Positions 30,220-38,734 of a stretch of 64,000 bases of DNA are shown here, piece by piece. The stretch is taken from the IMG/VR virus record IMGVR_UViG_3300013713_000001, positions 165,110-229,109 of that record; one strand, given 5' to 3'. Under the pieces are notes generated by a model that had not been told where the DNA came from, did no database searches, and worked only from the letters and a program-made list of their open reading frames with translations. The stretch is from a virus (taxonomy: Duplodnaviria; Caudoviricetes). The number at the start of each line of letters is the position of its first letter. Within the stretch, counting starts at the first letter, position 1. A program made the translations under genes and the position numbers.

Positions 30220-31185
30220 TTAGCAGAAGCCGTCGTCGGCCGCGCCTTGGCTCATGTCTTTCGCACGAACGAAGCGTGCAGCCAGTTGAGCTTTGTCGTC
30301 GGCCAGCGCATTGATCTCTTCTTCCAACGCCGCTTGAGCTTCGCCGTGGTCGAGCGTCAGGTGCAGTTCTTTCAGGCCGCCTGGCGGGTTGTTCTTCTTG
30401 CTCAGGATACCGGTAGTACGGTAGACCGTGCCCGGGAACACCTGGCGGACCGAAGCGTTGTCGATGAACAGGCTGCCCACAGCCACCGGGGTCTGGCCTT
30501 TGTATTCTTTCGACGTGACGTCATCGTAGAACTGGATGCGGCTGAGCGCCGGTGGAACCTTGTTGTCGTAGGAGTAGTTGAACAGGTTGCCCAGGTCCGA
30601 CACTTCCATTTCGGTCTTGTGCTTGCTGAGGAACACCGAGGCCAGGCTGATGCCGTGGATGATGTCGGCATTGACCTCGCCGCGGGTACGGGATGGATCT
30701 TCGTTGAACTCCATGAAGCAGATCGGACGACCGACCTGGTTGACGACGTTGTTGAACGCCGTGCGTTGTTTGATCGAGTTTTCTTTCTCGGCGACAGAGC
30801 TGAAGTCGGAGATGAGCGCCAGGATGACGACCGCTTCTTTCTGCAGCAGTTCCCGCACGAGGCAGAAGGCCATAGCACGACCAGTACCGCCGGAGATGTT
30901 GACGACGACGATGTTGTGCTCGCCGGGTTTCTCGCTGGCCACGATCGACTTCACGAACGGACGCACTTTGTCCATGATCTTGCTGGCATCTTTACCAGCG
31001 CCCTGCAGGCCTTCGATGCGGTGGATCTGGAAGAGGTCCGAGCCATCGTTGGCGTCGGAGCTGTCCAGACCGATGACGACGGCGTCTTTGATTGCTTGGG
31101 TGAGCGGGTCAGCTTTGGCTTCAGCCGAAACGTTGATACCAGTACCACCACAAGCCCAGATTTTCAGATCGACAGATTCAGCCAT
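30220..31185 (-). CDS. phuZ: PhuZ phage tubulin
   Basis: ACGGTGIN, GLDSS, GAGKD, tubulin signature-like SGGTG and acidic C-terminal tail DDGFC; 321 aa; own early promoter. Confidence 0.93.
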   Translation of the reverse strand: MAESVDLKIWACGGTGINVSAEAKADPLTQAIKDAVVIGLDSSDANDGSDLFQIHRIEGLQGAGKDASKIMDKVRPFVKSIVASEKPGEHNIVVVNISGGTGRAMAFCLVRELLQKEAVVILALISDFSSVAEKENSIKQRTAFNNVVNQVGRPICFMEFNEDPSRTRGEVNADIIHGISLASVFLSKHKTEMEVSDLGNLFNYSYDNKVPPALSRIQFYDDVTSKEYKGQTPVAVGSLFIDNASVRQVFPGTVYRTTGILSKKNNPPGGLKELHLTLDHGEAQAALEEEINALADDKAQLAARFVRAKDMSQGAADDGFC

Positions 31186-31251
31186 TATTAATCACTCGCT
31201 TAGTTAACGTTACAAAATAGACTATAAAGCTTTCTCTATCTGCTTTACATC

Positions 31252-31272
31252 CTAGTAATATAGATCCAAAAG
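31252..31272 (-). promoter_or_regulatory. phiKZ-type early promoter (phuZ)
   Basis: Minus strand reads TTTTGGATCTATATTACTAG. Confidence 0.7.
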
Positions 31273-31289
31273 TTTTTAGACCGTTTTGC

Positions 31290-31426
31290 AAAAAAAAAGA
31301 ACCTGGTAACGAACTACGCCACATAGGACGCTACCAGGCCTCCAACTGGAGTGTGGGGAGATCAAACAACGATCCCGGCATTCTGACGAGAGCCATGAGT
31401 TGAACTAATCAGTACACGGGGACATA
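31290..31426 (-). ncRNA. Candidate small structured RNA of about 135 nt
   Basis: Lies between two terminators with no credible ORF. Starts at a TATG and has successive hairpins ending in stem 31302-31338 plus a U tract. Confidence 0.3.
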
Positions 31427-31460
31427 GTATCTAACCGCAGTAACTAAAAAATAAATATAA

Positions 31461-31500
31461 CCCCCTAACCCCCACTCCCGAAGGAGCAGGGGAGAGGGGG
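31461..31500 (-). terminator. Terminator of the Ntn-hydrolase operon
   Basis: Minus-strand long stem with C(UUCG)G loop and G-U pairs, followed by a U-rich tract. Confidence 0.75.
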
Positions 31501-31614
31501 GAGGTTTTTTAGGCAACCCTCACCGGCCAGATAGAGAATAACCGGTAAACGAGGGGGTGTGGTGTCTAACCTCCCATAACCCACCACGGACAACGATGGA
31601 GAACGATGGCTCAA

Positions 31615-32199
31615 TCAACCGCCTGGGGCGCATAAGATAGCGCCGCCGTTCTCGATGTGCTTTTGAGCGTCTGCCTCAAGGATGGGGTTAGGGTCGACCC
31701 GGTGAAGCTTTGTAGGGTCATCAAACGACCACACGTCAATGTAACCGCCTGAGTGAACGTCCACTTTCATGGCGGCTCGAACACCATCAATAGCGCTACC
31801 CTTGATAGCCATGACCGCCAGGCCATAGATACCACCGCTACCAATGGAGAAGTTACCGCTGGTTACGAACAGGTCATTTACCTGCTCATTCTGAGCGGTC
31901 AACCCAACCGTCCAGTTGTAGACCTCCCGGTTCTCAGTGACCATGAGAATGTTGAACGAAGTGTCCTTGTTGTCGATCACTGTTTCAGCCGTGATACCGG
32001 CCTCCAGCAGTGCTTTGATTTTCTGGATGATCCCAATCCCACCCGAAAACCCAAACGCTACAACCTTCCTACCTTCTACGCTCCACGGCTTAGTCGTGGG
32101 GAAATGGATCTTTTCGTAGTGACCCTGCATCTTGCGGCTACCCGCAACATACAAGGTGTCCGCTGCAAGGGTGTTACCGTCCCAACATACGCACGTCAT
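31615..32199 (-). CDS. Proteasome-beta/HslV-like Ntn hydrolase, paralog A
   Basis: Start at 32199 (ATGA overlap with the upstream stop) gives M-T-C-V-C-W-D-G...AAD...EKI, SIGSGG and DVHSGG, i.e. Thr1/Asp/Lys, GSG and D..SGG motifs. Confidence 0.8.
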   Translation of the reverse strand: MTCVCWDGNTLAADTLYVAGSRKMQGHYEKIHFPTTKPWSVEGRKVVAFGFSGGIGIIQKIKALLEAGITAETVIDNKDTSFNILMVTENREVYNWTVGLTAQNEQVNDLFVTSGNFSIGSGGIYGLAVMAIKGSAIDGVRAAMKVDVHSGGYIDVWSFDDPTKLHRVDPNPILEADAQKHIENGGAILCAPGG

Positions 32200-32729
32200 A
32201 CCTTCTCCCAAGTTTCCTTGCTAACTGTTGAAATAATGTGGGGTTCATCAACTGACCAGACCCGGAGGTCGCCACCGGTGTGTGGGTCGATGTTACTCGC
32301 TGCTCGAACAGCCATGACCGCATCCAGGTCGATGCTCATTACTGCGTTGGCCAGAGTTCCCCCTGAACCGATCGACCCCTTGTGGTCCATTGGTGAAATC
32401 TGAATACCTGGACCTTCTTCGCCTTTGGGGCTGTAGCTAAAGCGGTACGCGCGGTTCTTGCCCGTGACGATGATTGCACTGAAGCTACCGATGCCCCGTG
32501 GCGTGGGGGTCCGGTGGCTCAGGTCTTCGACAAGCATGTCTGCAAAGAGGTAGCGCGCCATCGAGTTACCGGCAATGCCCACTGCCAGTACTGGTTCGCC
32601 ACGTACTTTCCAGGTTGAGCCTACACCTGGGAGCATGATCTTTTCAGCTGCACTAAGGGTATTCATCTTCCCAATAGTGCTGCGGGTATCCGCTACCAGT
32701 TGCTTGCCATCAAACGCAATCGTTGTCAT
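32196..32729 (-). CDS. Proteasome-beta/HslV-like Ntn hydrolase, paralog B
   Basis: MTTIAFDGKQLVADTR...EKI, SIGSGG and DPHTGG. Confidence 0.82.
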   Translation of the reverse strand: MTTIAFDGKQLVADTRSTIGKMNTLSAAEKIMLPGVGSTWKVRGEPVLAVGIAGNSMARYLFADMLVEDLSHRTPTPRGIGSFSAIIVTGKNRAYRFSYSPKGEEGPGIQISPMDHKGSIGSGGTLANAVMSIDLDAVMAVRAASNIDPHTGGDLRVWSVDEPHIISTVSKETWEKV

Positions 32730-32973
32730 TTAAAGGTTTCCTATGGTGTCTGGCCAAGGCCGCTCGAATGGTAGCTATCAGGTGGTGTTCGTTTTCTTCG
32801 GTGTATTCGAACTGGGTAAAGTCAATGAGCATACGGCCCGGCTCGTCGTTAAGTAGCAGGTCGTAGAGTCCTCGGGGGTACTCTGGAGGACGTTTGCTCT
32901 CGATCGACTCAATCGTGTCGTGCCGACCACGAGGAAGTAAGACCGTTACCATTTGGTCAGGATCTTTACTCAT
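32710..32973 (-). CDS. Small hypothetical protein in the Ntn operon
   Basis: 87 aa; ATGA-coupled upstream, 20-nt overlap downstream. Confidence 0.65.
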   Translation of the reverse strand: MSKDPDQMVTVLLPRGRHDTIESIESKRPPEYPRGLYDLLLNDEPGRMLIDFTQFEYTEENEHHLIATIRAALARHHRKPLNDNDCV

Positions 32974-33233
32974 TCAGTACGGTCCAGTTCCTTCAGTCGG
33001 ACGGGGTCCCACTGGATGCGACCTTCCAACATCAGCTCGAGTTCGCTAAGGTCTTTCAGAGGTTTACGACCCTCAGCTTTACGCCAGGCGTCATCCAGTG
33101 TTTTCATGTGATCGTCGAGGGTTTTAACTTTAACCCCGTCGGTTCGTTGTTTGGGAGGGTTCTGGTAGAGTTCCCATGCCTCGGTCCCCTCCATGATCTT
33201 TACCCCATCCCTGTGGCGGTAGAATTTAGCCAT
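32970..33233 (-). CDS. Small hypothetical protein in the Ntn operon
   Basis: 87 aa; TGATG-coupled to paralog C, AGGAG RBS. Confidence 0.7.
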   Translation of the reverse strand: MAKFYRHRDGVKIMEGTEAWELYQNPPKQRTDGVKVKTLDDHMKTLDDAWRKAEGRKPLKDLSELELMLEGRIQWDPVRLKELDRTE

Positions 33234-33910
33234 CAGGCTTTCTCCTTAGTGGGTTGGGTAGCTTTCCTGGTAAGTTCTTGAACCAGTTCGCCCACCACTT
33301 CTTTCAACTGGCCTACGCTAAAGTCTTTGATCGGCTTGTCGTCATCCTGATTCAGGATTTCGCTAACCGTCAGGAACGGTCGCTTACTGGGTACTTCCGG
33401 TACGGGAGGCAGTGTCCAAGTAAATACCTCACCCCCGCAGTAAGGACTCATGCGGATAGCAGCTTCTACGCCTTTCTCCGCCTGGTTCTTTTCCTTCGGA
33501 CCCATCACCGCCAACGCAAAGACACTACCGCAACCCACAGCCGCCGGCGGGGTGATCGGGTGCACCAGCAGATTGTGGTGCCCAGGTTCCTTATCCCGAT
33601 CTTTAAACGCGTTGAGCACATAGCAGTCACCCGTCTCGAGAATACAGAGTACCTCGAAGTACAGGTCGTGTTCCGGCTTAATAACGGAGCGGTAACTGAT
33701 CCCCTGCTGCAACAATTCCCGTACGTAGGGAACAGCTGCTAGCATCCCGCTAAATCCAAACGCCAGTACCTTGACCCCATTGATCTCCCAATACTCATCC
33801 GTCTCAGGTTCGATAATCTTCTTGATAGCCCCTGGCATCTTGATTTCCTCATGCATGGTAGCGAGGCTATCGGCAATCATCTTTTTCCCGTCGTACACAA
33901 CAATCGTCAT
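33233..33910 (-). CDS. Proteasome-beta/HslV-like Ntn hydrolase, paralog C (variant active-site loops, C-terminal extension)
   Basis: MTIVVYDGKKMIADS...KKI, AVGCGS and SPYCGG; about 55-aa C-terminal extension. Confidence 0.78.
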   Translation of the reverse strand: MTIVVYDGKKMIADSLATMHEEIKMPGAIKKIIEPETDEYWEINGVKVLAFGFSGMLAAVPYVRELLQQGISYRSVIKPEHDLYFEVLCILETGDCYVLNAFKDRDKEPGHHNLLVHPITPPAAVGCGSVFALAVMGPKEKNQAEKGVEAAIRMSPYCGGEVFTWTLPPVPEVPSKRPFLTVSEILNQDDDKPIKDFSVGQLKEVVGELVQELTRKATQPTKEKA

Positions 33911-33991
33911 AATGTCTAACTTCCTACTCTGGAGGATGGAAAAGGGAGGGTTAAGGGTAGCTTATAATTGATCTACGGGTGTTTATTCACT

Positions 33992-34012
33992 CTAGTAATG
34001 TAGGTTTAAGAT
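33992..34012 (-). promoter_or_regulatory. phiKZ-type early promoter (Ntn operon)
   Basis: Minus strand reads TCTTAAACCTACATTACTAG; shares the downstream GTGAATAAA extension with the 52855 copy. Confidence 0.65.
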
Positions 34013-34362
34013 TAATTTGCATAATGACCCCCTACCCCCACTCCCTTGACAGGAATGGGTAATTAAAACAGATTTAAAGTGTTATATAATACTTTCAGTT
34101 GTAAAACAATTGTGTAATAGGGCCTTCGGCCCTAGGTAGATCAAGAGCAAGAGCGTAGCAGAAGACAGTCTAGTCAATCCACCCCCGAGTAATCCTTATT
34201 CCGTTCCGTATCCCGTAGGGCTACTCCACTACATAAGTATTACTCTTACCCCCTCCTTAGAAAAAACTAAAAAGAATTGGTAAGACATACAATGAATCTC
34301 ATCTGACAAAACAACAAGAAGAAATGTTATGTTTAGCCCCACCCAACCATAGGACGTAGATT

Positions 34363-35211
34363 ATGGGCAATCCTGTTGATTACGCTATCTCCAGAGTCCT
34401 GAACTCTGATATCAGTGAATACCTTTTTGAACTGGCCTTTGCTAACCCCAACGCTAACGTCATGGGGAACTGGTACAACATGGTCAACGAGACCACCGTT
34501 GAACAAGGCATCCGTGAAAAGGTCATTCACCAACTTGTTTTGAAAGACTGTAACGTAGCCGGTGGTAAGACAGAGAACATCGACTTGGGTGGTTCCGAGA
34601 TGCGCAGCATTGGTAACGGCTGCGTTGAGTTCAAAGTCCCTGAAGCAGCTACCCGTGGTGCCAAGATCATTTCCGTTACTGAAGCCTACCTGGGTTCCAT
34701 GAACTCGGGTGTCGGGGCGCTGGGCCTTGGCCTGGGTAACACCGCCGACTGCGGCATTGGGTCCGTCGGTGAAATGATGGGCAACATGATCAACAACATG
34801 GCCGGTAACCGGCAGATGCCCCAGACCTACACCGACTGTCACATGACCGGTAACAACGTCTTTGTTATCTACGGTTTGAACATGGGCACGTTCAACATGA
34901 GCGCAAAGGTGATTATGGAGTACGATGAGGGGTTGAGCAGCATTCACTCCCGTCACTACCCCCAGTTTGCTGAGCTGGTGGAGTACGCCGTTAAAGCCCA
35001 CCTCTACCGTAAGCTCAAAGGCCCGGTCAATGAGGCCGCAGTTCGTGCCGGTGTAGCCTTGCAGGATATCCGTGATGATATCGCCGAGTACAAAGACGCC
35101 TGGACCAATTACAAGGAATACTTCCAGAAGGTCTGGACCCCTTGCATGACCTGGAGCGACAAGAAGAACGTACACGATGCCCAACGCATGGGCGTTGCCC
35201 GTCGGATGTAA
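34363..35211 (+). CDS. Conserved phiKZ-like protein, probably virion-associated
   Basis: 282 aa with AGGA RBS; TATG at 34328 may be a late start site. Confidence 0.7.
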   Translation: MGNPVDYAISRVLNSDISEYLFELAFANPNANVMGNWYNMVNETTVEQGIREKVIHQLVLKDCNVAGGKTENIDLGGSEMRSIGNGCVEFKVPEAATRGAKIISVTEAYLGSMNSGVGALGLGLGNTADCGIGSVGEMMGNMINNMAGNRQMPQTYTDCHMTGNNVFVIYGLNMGTFNMSAKVIMEYDEGLSSIHSRHYPQFAELVEYAVKAHLYRKLKGPVNEAAVRAGVALQDIRDDIAEYKDAWTNYKEYFQKVWTPCMTWSDKKNVHDAQRMGVARRM

Positions 35212-35221
35212 GGAGCATCTC

Positions 35222-36679
35222 ATGTCTCAATTTGATTTCAGTAATGTCCCTGCTCAGTATAACCCCAGTGACCTGAGCAGTGATCACGGTGCAGAAGGCA
35301 GTGAGCTCGAATACCAGGAACGCCTGAGAAACCTGTTCGAACCTACCTTCAATTTCTTTGATGGATTGGACGACCATACCTACCTATCGATCGAAGAAGC
35401 AGGCTTTGATGACGTGGGGGGTCTTGAAGCACTCCTCAAGGGCGTTAACTTCGAAAGCAGCAATGCAATCCTTCAAGTGTTCGAACGGATGGGCGAGTAC
35501 CTTGACATCACCCCGAAGTGGGCATTGACCCTGAAGAAGTACGTCTACAACTTCATCACCCGCAAAGTTGGGATGCATGACCACATGGCGTTCTTTGGTG
35601 CACCGTACCTTGGCTTGGAAAAGATCACCTTTACCACCGCGGACCGCAACGAGTGGTTTAACGAGATCTTTGACACGGACGAGGATGAGCTGCGCGAGAA
35701 CCTGCACGCTTGCAGCGCCATTAAGAGCGAATGGGCGGTAGTGGGTGATGCGTTCAACATGACCATCCCCTACCTACTCTACCGCATCAACAAGAGCTCC
35801 CTACGGCCTGACGACAAACACCAGGCCATGATCGACGTGGTCTCGATGTACCACTACAAGTGCTTGACGAGTATTGTCCACAACGACTACCCGTTCCAGG
35901 CACGAAAGGAAGTGGTGTACGAGACCTACAACCGCCTGAGCCTGAAGTACGACATCAAGCGTTACGGTAGCTGGAAGGCACTTATCGAGGCACGGGCTGA
36001 GTACATCATCAACCCGAAGACCGGTATCCACTACGACGCCTGGTCGAAAATGGATAACGATAAGAAGATCGTGTACATGGTCGGGGATATTCAGAATCGC
36101 CTGCGTCGCGCGATCAACGATATCAACAAGGTCTTCCACGATGTCAAGAACAAGACGAACATCGTCAAGGTCGAATCGGCTAAGGTCCAGCTGAAGGATG
36201 AGCTGAGCATCAAGAGTGTAGCAAAAGAGGTGAACCAACACCTCCTCTACCTCGACCGGATCTTGACCGAGGAGAGTTCGTTCTACAAAGAGGAGTTGAT
36301 GGAATACGCTGCCGGTGTCTTGGACAACGTACGAATGGAAATGCTGCAGTTTACCATCCAGGAGTATGCCAAGCGCTACAACAATCCTAAGTACCCCGAG
36401 TACAAACTCTTTGCTGAAACCGTGGTTTTGCATATGTTTGAATACTTGCACGCCAATGGTATTAAGCGGAGTAATGTGTACGATGTCCTCGTGAAGATGC
36501 GAGGAGCGTACGGTGCTTCCCGAAGCAACAATGATCAGGTAAAGATCATTCGGGAACTGGGGGACAAGATTGTGATCGGGATTACTGGTCGCAAAACCCC
36601 CCAGTGGGTGTTGACTACCCGGACAGCGTTCTCCCTCTACATGGTAATCAGGGTGATTACCAAAGAACTCTTTGAATAG
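35222..36679 (+). CDS. Virion/head protein (phiKZ gp32-like)
   Basis: Start at ATG 35222 with AGGAG RBS. HMAFFG..LG, LSLKYDIKRYGSW and DIQNRLR motifs recalled from this family; acidic N-terminus with S/A/G-x-E sites. Confidence 0.65.
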   Translation: MSQFDFSNVPAQYNPSDLSSDHGAEGSELEYQERLRNLFEPTFNFFDGLDDHTYLSIEEAGFDDVGGLEALLKGVNFESSNAILQVFERMGEYLDITPKWALTLKKYVYNFITRKVGMHDHMAFFGAPYLGLEKITFTTADRNEWFNEIFDTDEDELRENLHACSAIKSEWAVVGDAFNMTIPYLLYRINKSSLRPDDKHQAMIDVVSMYHYKCLTSIVHNDYPFQARKEVVYETYNRLSLKYDIKRYGSWKALIEARAEYIINPKTGIHYDAWSKMDNDKKIVYMVGDIQNRLRRAINDINKVFHDVKNKTNIVKVESAKVQLKDELSIKSVAKEVNQHLLYLDRILTEESSFYKEELMEYAAGVLDNVRMEMLQFTIQEYAKRYNNPKYPEYKLFAETVVLHMFEYLHANGIKRSNVYDVLVKMRGAYGASRSNNDQVKIIRELGDKIVIGITGRKTPQWVLTTRTAFSLYMVIRVITKELFE

Positions 36680-36688
36680 GTATTAATC

Positions 36689-37399
36689 ATGGCCCCAGCA
36701 TTTCCAGTCTACCATCCCCAGTACCTACAGTTCTACGCTCCCTCTGAACTGATCCCGCCAGCGGTGGTGGATTACAACGAGAACGACCCCTACAAGCGGG
36801 ATTCTCACCAGACCCAATTCCTGGCTGTCCCGGTAGACGTTCCTAACTACCTAGGACTGTGCAAAGTCGAGGGTCAGAAGTGCTGGGGGCCTAACGACGA
36901 AATCTTTCCCCATTCCTTGCAACTCTGCCAGATTGCGATCGCTATCCCTTTCATGGGACGGGATATTGTGGCGGTCGTTTACCCGGGTGGCCACCACCTG
37001 AATAAATTCTTTCCAACGCCAGATGGGTCGGGTGATCTAAAACTTGAAATGTCGTTTCCCGCGCTATCGGCTAGTAGTTCGTTCATGACCCTTACCGGAG
37101 AGGTTATGGGAGGCGCATTGTCCTCTACCTTCCGATCCGTCGGGTACGATCTCCAGTTCAGCCTGGCGATCGAAGCGCGGTTTAACCGTCAGATGGGTAG
37201 CCTAAAGGTAGCCGAAGCCGGTATCGCGATCACCTCCCTGAAAAACCTGATCTCGGGCGCCACTGTGGTTCCCCGAAGGTTGACTCCAGAAGTGGCAAGC
37301 CTGCTGGATCTGGTGGGGGAGCCTAAAGTTATTGGCGTTCGATTCTACACCGAGGTAATCCAGCATGCTTCATCCCCGCTGTCCCCACGAAGCGTTTGA
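36689..37399 (+). CDS. Protein resembling an internal domain of the phiKZ-type major capsid protein
   Basis: Pattern NYLGL...DEI...L.QIAI...F...G...L.MSF...GYDLQFSLAIEARFN..G...KVIGV resembles recalled phiKZ-type MCP central region; too short to be the MCP. Confidence 0.5.
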   Translation: MAPAFPVYHPQYLQFYAPSELIPPAVVDYNENDPYKRDSHQTQFLAVPVDVPNYLGLCKVEGQKCWGPNDEIFPHSLQLCQIAIAIPFMGRDIVAVVYPGGHHLNKFFPTPDGSGDLKLEMSFPALSASSSFMTLTGEVMGGALSSTFRSVGYDLQFSLAIEARFNRQMGSLKVAEAGIAITSLKNLISGATVVPRRLTPEVASLLDLVGEPKVIGVRFYTEVIQHASSPLSPRSV

Positions 37400-37865
37400 T
37401 CTCGAGTGGAATGTCCCGCTAGCTTTAGCGGGCAATCCCTGGGTTCACCTGCAAGAGGACTGGTGTCTTGACTTCAAACGCTACCTGTTGGCTGTAGCGA
37501 CGTACAAGACACCTCACCCTGAGGCGAACCCCAAGCGTTATCAGGCGTTTGTTCTCACCCCGGCTGAACACATGTCGGTAACGTATCCTGTCGCATCACT
37601 CGATAGCGTATCCGTTAATCGCAGTGAGGACGAACGCTACTTCACTTCGATGCAAAGCATGATTGCGTGTTGCCTGGAGTCAGAACGCCGTGACGTTCTG
37701 ATTTCTGAAATCGCAGCAGAATTTGATGGTCGTACTGCGCAAGAAATGATTGATTATTTTAAGCCTTTCGATGTTGAACCTCGTAACTGTTTTCCGGCCT
37801 TTCCCTCCGACGTCAGGGCCGAGATAATTCCTATGTACCCCATTTATCCAATCGACACGGAATAA
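37365..37865 (+). CDS. Hypothetical protein
   Basis: 166 aa with GAGGT RBS; overlaps the upstream gene. Confidence 0.65.
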   Translation: MLHPRCPHEAFDLEWNVPLALAGNPWVHLQEDWCLDFKRYLLAVATYKTPHPEANPKRYQAFVLTPAEHMSVTYPVASLDSVSVNRSEDERYFTSMQSMIACCLESERRDVLISEIAAEFDGRTAQEMIDYFKPFDVEPRNCFPAFPSDVRAEIIPMYPIYPIDTE

Positions 37866-37875
37866 GGACAGAATC

Positions 37876-38676
37876 ATGAACATGGGCCAACGCACCTCCT
37901 CCGCTGCTGAACTCGCCGCCGGTCGCAGCAAAGAAAACGACCAAGTCTTCATCGACGCCCTGCGCGAGCACCCCCTGAACCAAGACCTGGAGTTCTCCCC
38001 GGCCTCGGAACCTTCGGCAGGCGTGATGTACTTCAAGAACGGTGAACGAACCGAACACGGCAATTTCGTGATTCTCGATGGCTTTTACATCGACAGCGAC
38101 GGCGCTCGTAAGACCTTTGCCGCCCTGGTCAGCAAGGACATGGTCACCGGGAGCTACGCCGAAGACAAACGGGTACCTTCGGTGCTCACTCGTAGTGGTG
38201 GCGAAGTCTACTTCGTTACCCGTGAGATGGCCGAGTACTGTGTGAAGAAGATCCAGACCACGGACTGCACCCACCAGCATGCGATCCTCGTCTGCCATGC
38301 ACGCAACCACAACAGCATGGTCGACTTCTTCGAAGATGCCGAAAGCGCCGGTCATTTCGAAGACGGCAAGGTCCTGGTCCTGAACGTCGACCGCTCTGAT
38401 AGCGGTTCTACCTTCATCCGTGGTCTGACCGAAGTCCTGGCAAACAAGAAGCTCCACCTGGTCCACGTCGTCGGTGAAGTGGATACCGCGCATCACGCCA
38501 TTCAGCCGCTGAAGCTCCTCGAGCCAAGTGATCTGAAGAAACCAGGTTACTACACCTCCGAAATGGTGGCGGGTTACGGCTTCCAGGACCGTATGGCCGG
38601 CCGCAAGTCGCTCGACAACCTCTCGGGCCGTACCTACGACGCCATCGCCCAGCATCTCGCTCGTAGTTCCAAGTAG
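37876..38676 (+). CDS. Hypothetical protein
   Basis: 266 aa with AAGGA RBS and strong codon bias. Confidence 0.75.
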   Translation: MNMGQRTSSAAELAAGRSKENDQVFIDALREHPLNQDLEFSPASEPSAGVMYFKNGERTEHGNFVILDGFYIDSDGARKTFAALVSKDMVTGSYAEDKRVPSVLTRSGGEVYFVTREMAEYCVKKIQTTDCTHQHAILVCHARNHNSMVDFFEDAESAGHFEDGKVLVLNVDRSDSGSTFIRGLTEVLANKKLHLVHVVGEVDTAHHAIQPLKLLEPSDLKKPGYYTSEMVAGYGFQDRMAGRKSLDNLSGRTYDAIAQHLARSSK

Positions 38677-38693
38677 CACGTAGAAGACCTATA

Positions 38694-38723
38694 CCTCCAG
38701 AGCCCTTGACGGGGCTCTGGAGG
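38694..38723. terminator. Hairpin between convergent genes
   Basis: CCTCCAGAGCCC-ttgacg-GGGCTCTGGAGG, 12-bp stem with the same loop as 1836-1865. Confidence 0.75.
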
Positions 38724-38734
38724 ATAAGGGTTAT

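Noticed and set aside
31383-31410. CTGACGAG resembling a hammerhead ribozyme core
   Set aside because: No proper stem II closing pair or GAAA; wobble pairs in neighbouring stems favour the opposite strand.
31300-31610. Several GGA motifs suggesting an RsmA/CsrA sponge RNA on the plus strand
   Set aside because: About 9 GGA in 310 nt is not far above chance; several lie in stems, and structure polarity points to the minus strand.
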